From the NCBI GenBank assembly GCA_026168605.1, contig JAPFDX010000034.1:12887-76886 (forward strand): DNA of 64,000 bases. Reading direction: 5' to 3'. Source of the DNA: Roseburia sp. GTDB taxonomy: Bacteria; Bacillota; Clostridia; Lachnospirales; Lachnospiraceae. Positions 19,085 to 29,828 of this stretch are shown here, one piece after another. Within the stretch, counting starts at the first letter, position 1. Every line of letters begins with the position of its first letter. The position numbers and the translations under genes are program-made. The notes under the pieces were generated by a model. The model worked only from the letters and a program-made list of their open reading frames with translations, searched no databases and was not told where the DNA came from.

Positions 19085-20324
19085 ACTCTTTTCTCCATTC
19101 GGCAGGCGTCTTTCCGGTCGCCTTCTTAAATACAATCCCAAAATAGTGAGGATCTGTATAACCGCACCGCTCTGCGATCTCGTAATTTTTATAGTGCGTA
19201 CTGCTCAAAAGTTTTTTTGCTTCCGCCATGCGAATACGCACAAGAGCCTCTGAAAATGTTTCATCATATCTTGCCTTAAAATTTGCAGAAAAACGTGTAA
19301 CGCTGACGCCAAAATGTGAGCAGACTTCCGTGAGCGTCAATTCCGGTCTGTTATAATTTTCAAGGATATATTCCATCGCCAGCATAAGCACATGGTTCTG
19401 GGAATTTGCCGCAAGCTCGTTCTTTGCCCAGAGCACTCCGCTGCCAACACGTGTATGCCGGAAGCACTCACATACCTCCCGGTAAGAATCACTGATCTCT
19501 TCTATTCCTGAAACCCTCGTTCCCGCCGCAGCCGAAATTTCGATCTGGGTGTGCTCCGGCACAGTACTGCAGATTTTTTCCAGACAGGACGCAACCTCAG
19601 CCTCAAACTCACGTCCACTATATTTGTTATTGTAAAAAAGTATCAAAATTTCACACTCTTGCCCAAACGCCGCATATCCGATCCCATAGTCCCTCACAAT
19701 TTCCGATACAATATTGTAAATGATAAATTGAAAAAGAGAACTCTGACTGCCGCTCTTCTGCATCCGCAATGCCGCTGCATAAAAACTGCTTCCCTCCAGT
19801 ACGATTCCATGCTCCCTGAGTTCTGTCAGACATTCCTCTGCAGGACCGCTCCCATTCATCATTTTGCGCATGATCCCTGACTGTAAATAAATCTGATTTT
19901 TATTGATGAAACGGTTCAGACGATTATTTTTCTCCCTTGCCGCCCGTTCCTCATCCAGCTTTTTCTTCTGTTTCAGCAAAAGTTCAGACAACTGGGCTGA
20001 CGTCACCGGCTTCAGCAGGTATTCCTCCACCTGGTAGTGAATCGCCTTCTGCGCATATTCAAAATCATCAAATCCACTAAAAATAATAACCTTCACTTTC
20101 GGCATCTTTGTATAAATATATTCACTCAGCGCAATACCATCCATATACGGCATACAGATGTCTGTCAAGACCATATCTACCGGATTGCTCTCCATGTATT
20201 CCTTTGCATCAAGACCATTCTCAAATCGCCCCACAAGTTCATATCCGATACTCTCCCAGTCCATTTTTTTACAGATCCTCTCGCGGATCAGTGGCTCGTC
20301 ATCCACTACGATCACACGATACAT
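19071..20324 (-). CDS. YesN-like response regulator (REC plus AraC HTH)
   Basis: VVDDE, TDICMP, YLLKP, YFGIVFKK; start at MYRV behind GGAGG. Confidence 0.9.
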   Translation of the reverse strand: MYRVIVVDDEPLIRERICKKMDWESIGYELVGRFENGLDAKEYMESNPVDMVLTDICMPYMDGIALSEYIYTKMPKVKVIIFSGFDDFEYAQKAIHYQVEEYLLKPVTSAQLSELLLKQKKKLDEERAAREKNNRLNRFINKNQIYLQSGIMRKMMNGSGPAEECLTELREHGIVLEGSSFYAAALRMQKSGSQSSLFQFIIYNIVSEIVRDYGIGYAAFGQECEILILFYNNKYSGREFEAEVASCLEKICSTVPEHTQIEISAAAGTRVSGIEEISDSYREVCECFRHTRVGSGVLWAKNELAANSQNHVLMLAMEYILENYNRPELTLTEVCSHFGVSVTRFSANFKARYDETFSEALVRIRMAEAKKLLSSTHYKNYEIAERCGYTDPHYFGIVFKKATGKTPAEWRKEYGEA

Positions 20325-20431
20325 TCTATCCTCCCGGTCCATTCCTTTCCTTCTCCCCTGCAATCATCCCTCAAAGAACAGCATCGGCTTCCGCAGTTCC
20401 GGAATCAGTCCAAAACCGCGGAAGCCTCTCT

Positions 20432-21832
20432 TTAATTATTATACAACAGAAGTTCAAAACTTTCTATCACACATTTTCTCGCTTCCTGCAAATCCTTTAA
20501 TTCACCGTCGCGAATCATTTGTGCAAGGAGATTGCCGATCGCCGTCGCCTCTGTCGGGCCTGCGGAAACCTCACATCCTGCATACTTTGCCGTCAGCTCG
20601 TTTAAATACTCCGCCTGCGAACCGCCGCCGATGATATAGATGCGCTCAAAAACATTTCCTGTCAGTCTCTCGATCCGCTGTTTTGTATCCGCATAACACT
20701 TTGCCAGACTATTATAAATGACAGATGCGATCTCGGGCAGTGTCACCGGTACCTGCTGTTTTGTATTTCTGCAGTAATCCTGCACTGCTGTCACCATACT
20801 CTCCGGAGCCAGAAATCCCGCGTCATCACAGTCTACCACTGAGGAGATTTTCACGCCGGATGCCTCCCTGCAGATCTCTCCGTAGGATTTCCCCTCTCCG
20901 ATCTCCCGACGCACCGACTGGATCATCCACAATCCCATAATATTTTTCAGATAACGGTAGCGGAAGTCATAGCCCCCCTCATTGGTAAAACCTTCCTTCA
21001 TGCTGTCTGCGCCATTGCTGCTCTCACGGCTCTCGCATCCCATCAGAGACCATGTGCCGGAACTGATATAGAGCGCCTTTTCGGAAAGACTCGGCACAGC
21101 CATAACTGCAGACGCCGTATCATGGGAGGCGATCAGCGTCACCTCACAGGAAAAGCCAACCTCCTCCGCCACTGCCTCTGACAGATGTTCCGAAACACTT
21201 CCCGGTCTCTCGACCGGAAGAAAAATCTCTTTCGGCAGTTCAAGCCGTTCGATCAGTTCATAATCCCAGTTCCCAGTCTCAAGCGCAAGCAACTGGCTCG
21301 TTGAGGCGATCGTGTATTCCTGATGCATCTTACCCGTCAGACAATAATTAAAATAATCCGGCGTCATCAAAAGCGCCTTTGCTTTTGTTAGATGTTCCGG
21401 GTGTTCCTCCTTCAATGCCATCAGCTGGTTTAATGTATTGTACGGCTGGAACTGGATCCCGGTGCGCGCGTAGAGTTCTTCCTGACCGATCAGATCGTCC
21501 ATCTGCTCTCTGATATGATCTGTCCTGTGATCGCGGTAACCGACAGACTCTCCAATCTGCGCTCTGTTTTCATCCAGCAATACAAAGTCCACGCCCCATG
21601 TATCTATGCCGACGCTCTTTGGGATTTTGCCCAGTTCCTTACAGCGCTTCATTCCATTTTTGATTTCTCTGACAAGGTACTCATGATTCCAGCAGAGATG
21701 ACCGTTTTTCTCCTCCATCCCGTTTTCAAAACGGTACACCTCCTCCAGGTGCAGCCTGCCATTTTCAATCGTTCCCAAAATATGTCTGCCGCTGGAAGCG
21801 CCGATATCCACCGCCAAATAATATGATGCCAT
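20432..21832 (-). CDS. fucK: Rhamnulokinase-family kinase, probably L-fuculokinase here
   Basis: DIGASSGR, IDTWGVD, SSGTWS, IGGGS, EATAIGN; downstream of fucI-fucU. Confidence 0.8.
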   Translation of the reverse strand: MASYYLAVDIGASSGRHILGTIENGRLHLEEVYRFENGMEEKNGHLCWNHEYLVREIKNGMKRCKELGKIPKSVGIDTWGVDFVLLDENRAQIGESVGYRDHRTDHIREQMDDLIGQEELYARTGIQFQPYNTLNQLMALKEEHPEHLTKAKALLMTPDYFNYCLTGKMHQEYTIASTSQLLALETGNWDYELIERLELPKEIFLPVERPGSVSEHLSEAVAEEVGFSCEVTLIASHDTASAVMAVPSLSEKALYISSGTWSLMGCESRESSNGADSMKEGFTNEGGYDFRYRYLKNIMGLWMIQSVRREIGEGKSYGEICREASGVKISSVVDCDDAGFLAPESMVTAVQDYCRNTKQQVPVTLPEIASVIYNSLAKCYADTKQRIERLTGNVFERIYIIGGGSQAEYLNELTAKYAGCEVSAGPTEATAIGNLLAQMIRDGELKDLQEARKCVIESFELLLYNN

Positions 21833-21843
21833 ACGATCCCCCT

Positions 21844-22278
21844 TTACACAACGCCCTTTTGCAGGCTGATATTCGCATAAAGCGCCTTCTCTCCGGTTGC
21901 AATGATCGCATAGGCGGTTTTCGCCTCCTCATAAAAAGCAAACCGCTCAATATTTCCAACCACTGCCGCACCTCTTGCGTCATGCTTTGCGATAATCTCT
22001 TTGTAGGTATCCCATATGGGTGTCTCAACGGTATCGCCCTTCATGACCTCCATCAGATTGACCGGCTTCTCAACGTAGGCGTCTAACGGAAAGACCGTCA
22101 GGATCGCATCTAAAAGTTCCGGTACGCCATGTCCGTCACAGCGGATGACAATGGCGTCTTTTCCCATGGACTCCGACGGAAAATTCCCATCTGCAATAAT
22201 GATTCTGTCACTGTGTCCCATCTCACAGAGTACTTTTAACAGCTCTGGGGAAAGGATTGGTGGTATTCCTTTCAGCAT
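21844..22278 (-). CDS. fucU: L-fucose mutarotase (RbsD/FucU)
   Basis: MLKGI..LCEMGHSD.IIIADGNFP, ERFAFYE, TGE..YAN. Confidence 0.9.
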   Translation of the reverse strand: MLKGIPPILSPELLKVLCEMGHSDRIIIADGNFPSESMGKDAIVIRCDGHGVPELLDAILTVFPLDAYVEKPVNLMEVMKGDTVETPIWDTYKEIIAKHDARGAAVVGNIERFAFYEEAKTAYAIIATGEKALYANISLQKGVV

Positions 22279-22293
22279 ATTCCTCTCCTCCTG

Positions 22294-24087
22294 CTATTTA
22301 TATAACGGTCCGTAAGCTGCACAGGCTCTGTAATCCTGTCCTTCCTTATCCATGCCAAACGCATTCCATGCTGCCGGACGGAAAATATCTTCTTCCGGAA
22401 CATTGTGCATTGCCACCGGAATGCGGAGCATCGAGCACATCGTGATCAGATCTGCACCGATATGTCCATAGCTGATCGCGCCGTGATTTGCCCCCCAGTT
22501 ATTCATCACATCGTAAGCAGATTTAAACGCACCTTCTCCTGTCACCCTCGGAGCAAACCATGTGCACGGCCATGTATAATCCGTAACTTTCCAGAGCTTA
22601 TCGGAAACCTCTGCCGGAAGTGCCACTGTCCATCCCTCACAAATCTGGAGCATCGGTCCTAAGCCTTTCACAAGATTTAACCGGATCATTGTCGCCGGCA
22701 TCTCGCTCGTAGTTTCCCATCTGGAAGAAAAACCGCCGCCGCGGAAATATCCGTTATCTGCCGCGCACCATTCTGTCGCCTGCAGGATCGCCTTCTGATC
22801 GTCCTCTGTCACTTCATACCACGGTTTCATCACCGAATTGCCGTTTTCATCCTTCGCCGCGCCGTTTCCGTCCAGACACGCTGCGCCGGAATTGATCAGA
22901 TGGATAAATCCGTCCGCTTCCTTTGCCACGCCTTCCAGTTCATAGCCTGCCACACGTTTCACTGCCGCAGGGCTCCAATAAGTGCGAACGTCCGCAAAAA
23001 TCTGCGCGCGGTGCGTTAAAAGTTTCATAAACATCATGCCAAGACCGTTTAACACATCGTTCTCTGTCGCAAGAATATACGGCTCACGCGCGCCGTTCCA
23101 GTCAAAGGTTGTATTTAGCAGCGCCTCCGGATAGTCGCAGTTCGGATAAAAATCTGTCCACTGTCTCTGCCCCTGGAATCCTGCCGCAAGCGCATTGTGT
23201 CCCAGACGCTCCTCCTTGCAGTTGTCCGGAAGGTTTGGATTGCCGTTCATCAGGTCTTTGATGATGCACATCATCTTGACAACGAACTCCCAGTCTTTTT
23301 CCTTCTCCTCCGGCGACTTTCTCACCTCGTCCGGGTTCTTGTCAAAGCCTTCTTTGCAGTGCTCCTTCGTCCATGCAAGCGCCTTCTCATATTCTTTCTC
23401 ATCGTAAATATTTTCAGACATTCTGCGGATGATCTCTACCTCATCGACAGACTCCACGCGCATTCCCAGATACTCCTCGATAAAATCTGTGCTGATGATA
23501 GAACCGCCGATTCCCATACAGATCGATCCGATCTGTAAGTATGATTTGCCGCGCATCGTAGCGACAGCGACTGCTGCACGACCGAAGCGGAGCAGCTTCT
23601 CCACCACGTCCGCCGGAATCTCTTTCTCGTCTGCCGGAAGCACGTCATGCCCATAAATTCCAAATGCCGGAAGTCCTTTCTGCGCATGGGTTGCAAGCAC
23701 GGACGCCAGATATACCGCGCCCGGTCTCTCGGTTCCGTTGAATCCCCACACTCCCTTGATCGTCTTTGGATCCATATCCATCGTCTCGGACCCATAACAC
23801 CAACACGGTGTCACTGTCAGCGTGATATCTACACCCTGTTTTTTGAATTTGTCCGCACAAGCAGCGGATTCTGCCACGCGGCTGATCGTCGTATCTGCGA
23901 TCACAACCTTCACGGCTTCCCCGTTGGAATATTTTAAGTTTTTCTCAAACAGTTCCTTTGCCGCAAGCGCCATCCCCATGGTCTGCTCCTCAAGGCTGCC
24001 TCTCACATCCAGATATCCTCTCCTTCCGTCAATCGTCGGACGGATGCCGATCACCGGATAATCCCCAATCAGTCTGCTCTTTGCCAT
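22294..24087 (-). CDS. fucI: L-fucose isomerase
   Basis: [44 protein letters not shown]. Confidence 0.95.
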   Translation of the reverse strand: MAKSRLIGDYPVIGIRPTIDGRRGYLDVRGSLEEQTMGMALAAKELFEKNLKYSNGEAVKVVIADTTISRVAESAACADKFKKQGVDITLTVTPCWCYGSETMDMDPKTIKGVWGFNGTERPGAVYLASVLATHAQKGLPAFGIYGHDVLPADEKEIPADVVEKLLRFGRAAVAVATMRGKSYLQIGSICMGIGGSIISTDFIEEYLGMRVESVDEVEIIRRMSENIYDEKEYEKALAWTKEHCKEGFDKNPDEVRKSPEEKEKDWEFVVKMMCIIKDLMNGNPNLPDNCKEERLGHNALAAGFQGQRQWTDFYPNCDYPEALLNTTFDWNGAREPYILATENDVLNGLGMMFMKLLTHRAQIFADVRTYWSPAAVKRVAGYELEGVAKEADGFIHLINSGAACLDGNGAAKDENGNSVMKPWYEVTEDDQKAILQATEWCAADNGYFRGGGFSSRWETTSEMPATMIRLNLVKGLGPMLQICEGWTVALPAEVSDKLWKVTDYTWPCTWFAPRVTGEGAFKSAYDVMNNWGANHGAISYGHIGADLITMCSMLRIPVAMHNVPEEDIFRPAAWNAFGMDKEGQDYRACAAYGPLYK

Positions 24088-24229
24088 TGTTAAAATCCTC
24101 CTTCTCTCTTTTTCAAAGATTTTCTGATATTTTCATTATACATTTGCTTCCTTTTGATTTCTTGTGTTATAATTACTAAAAATAGGATAATATTCACTTT
24201 TTAGAAGCAACCAACGAAAGGAGTTTTCC

Positions 24230-25084
24230 ATGAAATATCTGGAATATCAGGAACGCCGAAAACAAGGGACCTTTGACTTCCCAATCGCCGTCTACCACGT
24301 CGATGAGAGACATCCACGCTACCAGATGGTCTATCACTGGCATTTCGAATGTGAGCTGATCCGCATTATCCGTGGAAATTTTCCACTCACCGTCAACAAC
24401 AGGCTTTATCATCTTCACGAGGGTGATATCGTCTTTATTCAGGACGGGATGCTCCACGGCGGTATGCCCGACAACTGCATATACGAAAGCCTTGTATTCG
24501 ACATGAAGCTTTTGCTGAAAGACAACCACATCTGCAAAAATCAGATTGAAGCCATTATGAACCATGAGCTTATCATCCACCAGATCCTCCCCGGTGAAAA
24601 CGCATTTCTTCGCCAGATCACAGACACACTGTTTCAGGCAATGTATGCCAAGTACAGCGGCTATGAGTTTATGGTGCAGGGCTCTCTCTATCTCCTCATC
24701 GGCTTCATACTGGAGCACAAACTCTACTCCCTGCGCAGTAAAGAGAAGGAGCAGGTGTCCTATCGTCTCAAACAGTTAAAGCAGGTACTGCGCTATATTG
24801 AAGATCACTATGCCGAGGAGATCACACTGGAAACGCTTGCTTCCATTGCGGGCATGAACCCCAAATATTTCTGCCGCTTTTTCCGGCAGATAACACAGCG
24901 CACTCCCATCGATTACGTCAATTATTACCGCATTGAATGCGCAAGAGAGCAGCTCTCCACGACGGATATGACCATCACGGATGCTGCTCTCAATTGTGGT
25001 TTCAACGATATCAGCTATTTTATTAAAATCTTCAAAAAATACATGGGCGTCACGCCAAAACAGTATGTACTGCAAAAGTACTGA
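24230..25084 (+). CDS. AraC family transcriptional regulator, divergent from fucI
   Basis: N-terminal cupin (YHWH) and C-terminal double HTH (GFNDISYFIKIFKK). Confidence 0.9.
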   Translation: MKYLEYQERRKQGTFDFPIAVYHVDERHPRYQMVYHWHFECELIRIIRGNFPLTVNNRLYHLHEGDIVFIQDGMLHGGMPDNCIYESLVFDMKLLLKDNHICKNQIEAIMNHELIIHQILPGENAFLRQITDTLFQAMYAKYSGYEFMVQGSLYLLIGFILEHKLYSLRSKEKEQVSYRLKQLKQVLRYIEDHYAEEITLETLASIAGMNPKYFCRFFRQITQRTPIDYVNYYRIECAREQLSTTDMTITDAALNCGFNDISYFIKIFKKYMGVTPKQYVLQKY

Positions 25085-25112
25085 TTTGCGGCGCACTGCC
25101 CACAGAGACGTC

Positions 25113-25340
25113 CTACAGCAGATAGACGGGTAGTTCCTCCGTAATCCGGCAGCATCCCCCGATTGTATCCTTCCCCGGCTGCACCTTTCTCCCGGACCTT
25201 TTTCCTCTCGCCGCCGTGGCTGTCTGTCTCTCTGCCGGCTCCACAGTCGTCTGTTCTATGTGCCCCTGCTCTTTTTCAATCTCATCTGCGGCTGACTTTT
25301 TTGCCGCAGCACGCTTAATGCTTCCTGTTCCTACCGGCAT
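25113..25340 (-). CDS. Small ParA-partner-like protein (75 aa): basic N-terminus, disordered middle, hydrophobic C-terminus ITEELPVYLL
   Basis: ATG overlaps the parA 3' end, with AAGGAG upstream; MPVGTGSIKRAAAKK N-terminus. Confidence 0.6.
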   Translation of the reverse strand: MPVGTGSIKRAAAKKSAADEIEKEQGHIEQTTVEPAERQTATAARGKRSGRKVQPGKDTIGGCCRITEELPVYLL

Positions 25341-26121
25341 ACGCTTCTATCTCCTTTGCCAATTCCATATATTCTGCCGCGCTGCGCGCGCTTTTCTTAT
25401 GTGCAGCCACTGGACGGCTGCGATCCTGCGACCACTCGATCTCACTGTCCACACGGATGACCTGCTCAAATACCCGTAAATTTTCTTCTTTTCGGAACGC
25501 TTCCAGCGTCTGTTTATAATAATTCTTCCTTGCGTCTACCTTTGTGATCGCTATGCCAAGCAACGCGAGTTCTCCATTGATCTGACGCACATCTTCAAGA
25601 AATTCAAACATATTCGCCACGCCAAAAAGTCCCCACGGACTCGCTTCGACAGGCATCACCACATAATCTGACGCGCAGAGAATATTCATCACCCAGCTCC
25701 CCAGCGTCGGCGGCGCGTCAATGAGAATATAATCATATTCACCGGACGACTTGATTTCCTGCAGGCATTTGCGCAGGATCAGCTCTCTCTGCCACCGGGT
25801 AAACAGCTCATATTCAATACCGCTCATCAAAATTGTAGAGGGGATCAGATCAAGCTCTTCACAAAAAGTTTTTTTGATATATCCCGTAAGATCATCCTGC
25901 TTCTTAACCCCATAATAAATATTTCTCTCTCCCGACGCAAATTCCAGAACTTTCTCCTCTTCAAAAAAAGATAAGGTCAGATTCATCTGCATATCGCCGT
26001 CGATCAGAAGAACTTTTCTGCCCATGAGCGCAAGCGAATATCCGATATTGGCGCAAGTCGTCGTCTTTCCACTGCCACCCTTATTGTTGGCAAATGCAAT
26101 CGTAATCACTTTCTTCCCCAT
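25315..26121 (-). CDS. Orphan ParA/MinD-family ATPase (Soj-like, no N-terminal HTH); candidate McdA-like
   Basis: Deviant Walker A NNKGGSGKTT, IDGDMQMN, LIDAPP, TKVDARK; start lies inside the deoR 3' end; no parB in the window. Confidence 0.85.
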   Translation of the reverse strand: MGKKVITIAFANNKGGSGKTTTCANIGYSLALMGRKVLLIDGDMQMNLTLSFFEEEKVLEFASGERNIYYGVKKQDDLTGYIKKTFCEELDLIPSTILMSGIEYELFTRWQRELILRKCLQEIKSSGEYDYILIDAPPTLGSWVMNILCASDYVVMPVEASPWGLFGVANMFEFLEDVRQINGELALLGIAITKVDARKNYYKQTLEAFRKEENLRVFEQVIRVDSEIEWSQDRSRPVAAHKKSARSAAEYMELAKEIEAYAGRNRKH

Positions 26122-26875
26122 AAAGACATTCAATCCCTTTTTCTCTGAAATATGCCATCCATTCATCAGACGGCCTTATATCGGTGACAACCAGATCAAT
26201 ATCAGAAATCATGCAGATTTCAGAAAAAGCTACCTTATCAAACTTTGTGTGATCGACCGCCAGTATTTTCTGCTGCGCCGACTCCAGCATTGTCTGCTTT
26301 ACCTGGGAAAACATTTCGTTTGCATCTGTAATCCCTTTTTGCATATCGATCCCCTTACAGGAAAAGACTGCTTTATCTGCATGAAACGAAGCAATCCCTT
26401 TCATGGCGCGCGCGCCCACCAGCGCAAGATAATTTTCTTTTAGCGTTCCCCCGGTGGAAATAACGTCCCACCCGCTTACATCTGCGAGTTCCACCAGCAC
26501 CTCAATGGAATTTGTGATGATCGTCAGACGTTTTCTCTCCTTTAGCTTCTTTACAATGGAAACTGCCGTGGTACTAGGATCAAGGATAATATGGTCGTCG
26601 TCCCGCACGAGCTCTCCGATCAGCTCCGCGATCTTTTGCTTGCCCTTCATATTTTTCTTTTTGCGGATATTAAAGGGCATATCAAAGCTGTTGCTCTCGT
26701 TTAAGACTGCACCGCCGTAGCTTTTTACTGCAAGTCCTTCCTTTTCCAGCTTATCAAGGTCTCTGCGGATCGTCTCCTCGGAGACACCGAATTGTTCTCC
26801 AAGCTCTGAGACGATCACTTTTTTCTCATCCTGAAGCTTCTCTAAAATCAGATTTCTTCTCTCTGCCGCCAGCAT
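26081..26875 (-). CDS. DeoR/GlpR family regulator
   Basis: VSEETIRRDLDKL, YGGA, DPSTT, ITNS, DHTKF. Confidence 0.92.
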   Translation of the reverse strand: MLAAERRNLILEKLQDEKKVIVSELGEQFGVSEETIRRDLDKLEKEGLAVKSYGGAVLNESNSFDMPFNIRKKKNMKGKQKIAELIGELVRDDDHIILDPSTTAVSIVKKLKERKRLTIITNSIEVLVELADVSGWDVISTGGTLKENYLALVGARAMKGIASFHADKAVFSCKGIDMQKGITDANEMFSQVKQTMLESAQQKILAVDHTKFDKVAFSEICMISDIDLVVTDIRPSDEWMAYFREKGIECLYGEESDYDCICQQ

Positions 26876-26952
26876 TCGCTTACCTCCGGTTTTTTGTTTT
26901 CAAGACGCTATCATAAGAGTACGATCAGACCAGTAGAAAACATCCTCCCCCG

Positions 26953-27501
26953 CTAAATGATCGTCCTGCAGATCTTTGGATCCGGATGTGCAATGACTGA
27001 GGAATCTAAAAACATCCCGCTCTCGCCTGCCGCCGCCTTTGCTTTGGCGATCGCCGCCTCACAGGCAGCAACCTCACCGGTCAGCATCACATAGGATTTT
27101 CCGCACATCCCTTTCGCAATGCGAAGCTCAATCAGTTCAACGATCGCCGTCTTTGCCGCAATGTCCGCAGCGACGATCAGCGACGCCGCATCATAGGTTT
27201 CCAGAATTCCAAGTGCGCTCATTTTTTCGACGTGGCTCGTTCCATAAATTGCCGGAAATATGGATTCGTCAGGATTTCCCAGCACAAAGCTGCCGATCAT
27301 CTCCTCCGGTCTTGTGTGCTTCGCACGCTCCACCGCCGCGTTGACTGCGCTCAAATCTCCCGCAATCAGCGCGATATATTTGCCCGGACAAACGGTCTGC
27401 GCTTCTAAAATCTCAACGTCCGCCGTTTTTACCATCTGGTCTGCCGCCAGTACTCCCGCCGATACTGTTTTATATTCTATCATGCCTATTGCCTTTTGCA
27501 T
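26953..27501 (-). CDS. pduT: Tandem BMC shell protein (BMC-T), PduT-like
   Basis: Two BMC domains; TVCPGKY carries the cluster-binding Cys. Confidence 0.85.
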   Translation of the reverse strand: MQKAIGMIEYKTVSAGVLAADQMVKTADVEILEAQTVCPGKYIALIAGDLSAVNAAVERAKHTRPEEMIGSFVLGNPDESIFPAIYGTSHVEKMSALGILETYDAASLIVAADIAAKTAIVELIELRIAKGMCGKSYVMLTGEVAACEAAIAKAKAAAGESGMFLDSSVIAHPDPKICRTII

Positions 27502-27503
27502 AG

Positions 27504-28853
27504 CTACTCCTCACTTCCCGGATGATTTTTGTCCGCTTTAATCACAACGTACTGCGCTGTCACCTCCGTCACCGTCCCGTCGATCGACGCGTGAATGGCG
27601 ACTGAAAGTCCGTCCGCCGCCGACGCAACCGGCATACCACACGTTACCCGGTCACCTGCAGAGACGACCGGCACTGCAGGTGCTCCGATGTGCTGCGACA
27701 GCAAAAGCTTTACCTGCATACATTCCTTTCTCTCATCGGAAAGCGGCGCGTCCTTATCATATGCCGACACACCAAGCCTGGAAGCAAGGCGTTCCTCCGG
27801 CACTCTGCGGTAAGCCCTGGACGTTTTCACGCCGGAAGCTTCCACCACAGGCGGCTTAACGCCCGCCTTGCGAAGTTCAGTCTTATACTCTGTGATCATC
27901 GTGCGCGGAGAAAGTCCCTGCGGGCAACTGTACAGTTCACATAAGCCACACGAACAGCAGAACATCGTATCCAAAAACGGCTCCAGTCCACGAAAATCAC
28001 GGTTTGCGGCTGACCGCATAAACAGATGAGGTGCGATCGGATGCCCCAGCGCGTTTCTCGGACACAGATCTGTGCAGGTCTCACACTGGCAGCAGGCTGA
28101 CGCCGCCCTTCCCACGGAAATCGCAAAACGGCTTTTTTTCTGCAGCACCAGCGGATGCTCCTTTGGCAGGAGCAGGATCGCATTTGTCGTCTTGGTCACT
28201 GCTCCGGTCTCCATGCCCAAATTTCCCATCATCGGACCGCCGAGCATATAAACGGGATCTTCTGTTGTGGCTGCCCCGGCAAGCGCAGCTACCTCACCTA
28301 ACCTCATCCCGACCGGCACACGAACCGTCACCGGATGTTCTACCTCCCCGACCACAGTCACATATTTATCTGTCACCGGATGATCTTCCCACACGGCACG
28401 ATACACGTTATATAACGTCTCCACATTAAAGACAGCCACACCACATTCGATCGGCAGTCCGCCGGGACGCACCACTTTTCCGGTTGCCTCATAGATCAGC
28501 ACGACCTCATCCCCCATCGGATAGGCGCCGGGCAGCCTGTGGATCCTCATTATGGGATATTCTCCCAAAAGCTCCTCCACTGCCTCGATCGTGCTTTTAT
28601 ATTCTTCCTTTATCCCGATAATCGCTTCTTTTGCATGGACTGTCTCTGCGATCAAAGCAAATGCTTTCAAAATCTCACGCGTATGTTCCTTTAATAATTG
28701 TCTGTGGAGCTTTAGGAGCGGTTCGCACTCCGCACAATTCATGAGAATGATATCTGCCTGCTCCGTAAATTTTCCATAAGTCGGAAAACCCGCTCCGCCG
28801 GCGCCGACAATGCCGCTCTCGCGCGCGATCTTACTCAATTCTGCAATTTCCAT
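27504..28853 (-). CDS. pduS: PduS-like flavin/Fe-S oxidoreductase (RnfC-like, SLBB)
   Basis: GIVGAGGAGFPT, CAECEP, CCQCETCTDLCP, CCSCGLCELYSCP, QHIGAP. Confidence 0.85.
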   Translation of the reverse strand: MEIAELSKIARESGIVGAGGAGFPTYGKFTEQADIILMNCAECEPLLKLHRQLLKEHTREILKAFALIAETVHAKEAIIGIKEEYKSTIEAVEELLGEYPIMRIHRLPGAYPMGDEVVLIYEATGKVVRPGGLPIECGVAVFNVETLYNVYRAVWEDHPVTDKYVTVVGEVEHPVTVRVPVGMRLGEVAALAGAATTEDPVYMLGGPMMGNLGMETGAVTKTTNAILLLPKEHPLVLQKKSRFAISVGRAASACCQCETCTDLCPRNALGHPIAPHLFMRSAANRDFRGLEPFLDTMFCCSCGLCELYSCPQGLSPRTMITEYKTELRKAGVKPPVVEASGVKTSRAYRRVPEERLASRLGVSAYDKDAPLSDERKECMQVKLLLSQHIGAPAVPVVSAGDRVTCGMPVASAADGLSVAIHASIDGTVTEVTAQYVVIKADKNHPGSEE

Positions 28854-28859
28854 AAACCT

Positions 28860-29126
28860 CTACACCAGCTTTCCAATATCATCTATGATGCCGACGATAG
28901 CGGCGTCGATCGGCGCATCTGCCATCCCGCAGCCAATGCGCGCAGCACTCCCCTGCGCCACCAGCACATATTCGCCGATCCCCGCTCCGATATTATCAAT
29001 GGCTACCAGACACTTTTTTTCCTCTCCGTTTGTGCCGACCGGCTCGATCACCATAAACTTACTGCCAATCAAATTTTCCTGCTTACGGGTTGAAACGATA
29101 CTTCCAGTTACCTTCCCTATAATCAT
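28860..29126 (-). CDS. BMC pentameric vertex protein (EutN/CcmL/PduN)
   Basis: MIIGKVTGSIVST, VAIDNIGAG.GE.VL, IDAAIVGIID. Confidence 0.92.
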   Translation of the reverse strand: MIIGKVTGSIVSTRKQENLIGSKFMVIEPVGTNGEEKKCLVAIDNIGAGIGEYVLVAQGSAARIGCGMADAPIDAAIVGIIDDIGKLV

Positions 29127-29154
29127 TTCTCTCCCTCATTTCCATCCTTCTGTT

Positions 29155-29811
29155 CTACGCTTTTACGATTACCGCCATATCTCCGCATTTGATGTCGCCG
29201 GCATTTGCCTCATCCGTGTCAATGTGCATCTCCAGCGTAAAGCTTTCATCCACACGGATCTTTACATGCTCAAACATTGTGCCGCGCTCGTTTTCCACCC
29301 GCACGCTCACACGATCTCCATCGCTGACACCGCAGGCTGCGGCATCCTTTGGCGACATATGGATATGCCTTGCCGCAACAATACAGCCTTCCTTGCAGTA
29401 AACCGCTCCTTTCGGCCCCACGATCGCGATTGGCGCAGATGCCTCAATGTCACCGGATTCGCGTACCGGAACGCTGATCCCGAGTTTTCTCGCATCCGTC
29501 GTACTGATCTCCACCTGCGTTGCACTGCGGACAGGTCCCAATACCCTGACATTCTCGATCGCTCTCAATTTCAGACCGACAATCGTGCAGCATTCATTCG
29601 CCGCAAACTGCCCGCCCATCAATTCCTTCTTTTTTGTCAATTGATAGCCTGCGCCAAAAAGAGTCTCCACATCCTCCTGCGTCAGGTGGATATGTCTGGC
29701 GCTCACGCCGACCGGAACCAAGAATCCATCTCCTCTGTCCCGCTCCTTTTGCAGACTTGCAAGCACCATCCGCGTCAGCGCTTCGATTTCATTTCTCTCC
29801 AAATTTTTCAC
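29155..29811 (-). CDS. pduL: Phosphate propanoyltransferase PduL with N-terminal encapsulation peptide
   Basis: VSARHIHL, ARHIHM, MHIDTDEANA; N-terminal NEIEALTRMVLASL; GTG start. Confidence 0.92.
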   Translation of the reverse strand: MKNLERNEIEALTRMVLASLQKERDRGDGFLVPVGVSARHIHLTQEDVETLFGAGYQLTKKKELMGGQFAANECCTIVGLKLRAIENVRVLGPVRSATQVEISTTDARKLGISVPVRESGDIEASAPIAIVGPKGAVYCKEGCIVAARHIHMSPKDAAACGVSDGDRVSVRVENERGTMFEHVKIRVDESFTLEMHIDTDEANAGDIKCGDMAVIVKA

Positions 29812-29828
29812 CTCCCGTTCTCCTTATC

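Noticed and set aside
25315-26121. Chromosome or plasmid partitioning ParA
   Set aside because: No parB, no parS seen, no replication genes; it is coupled to the microcompartment operon.
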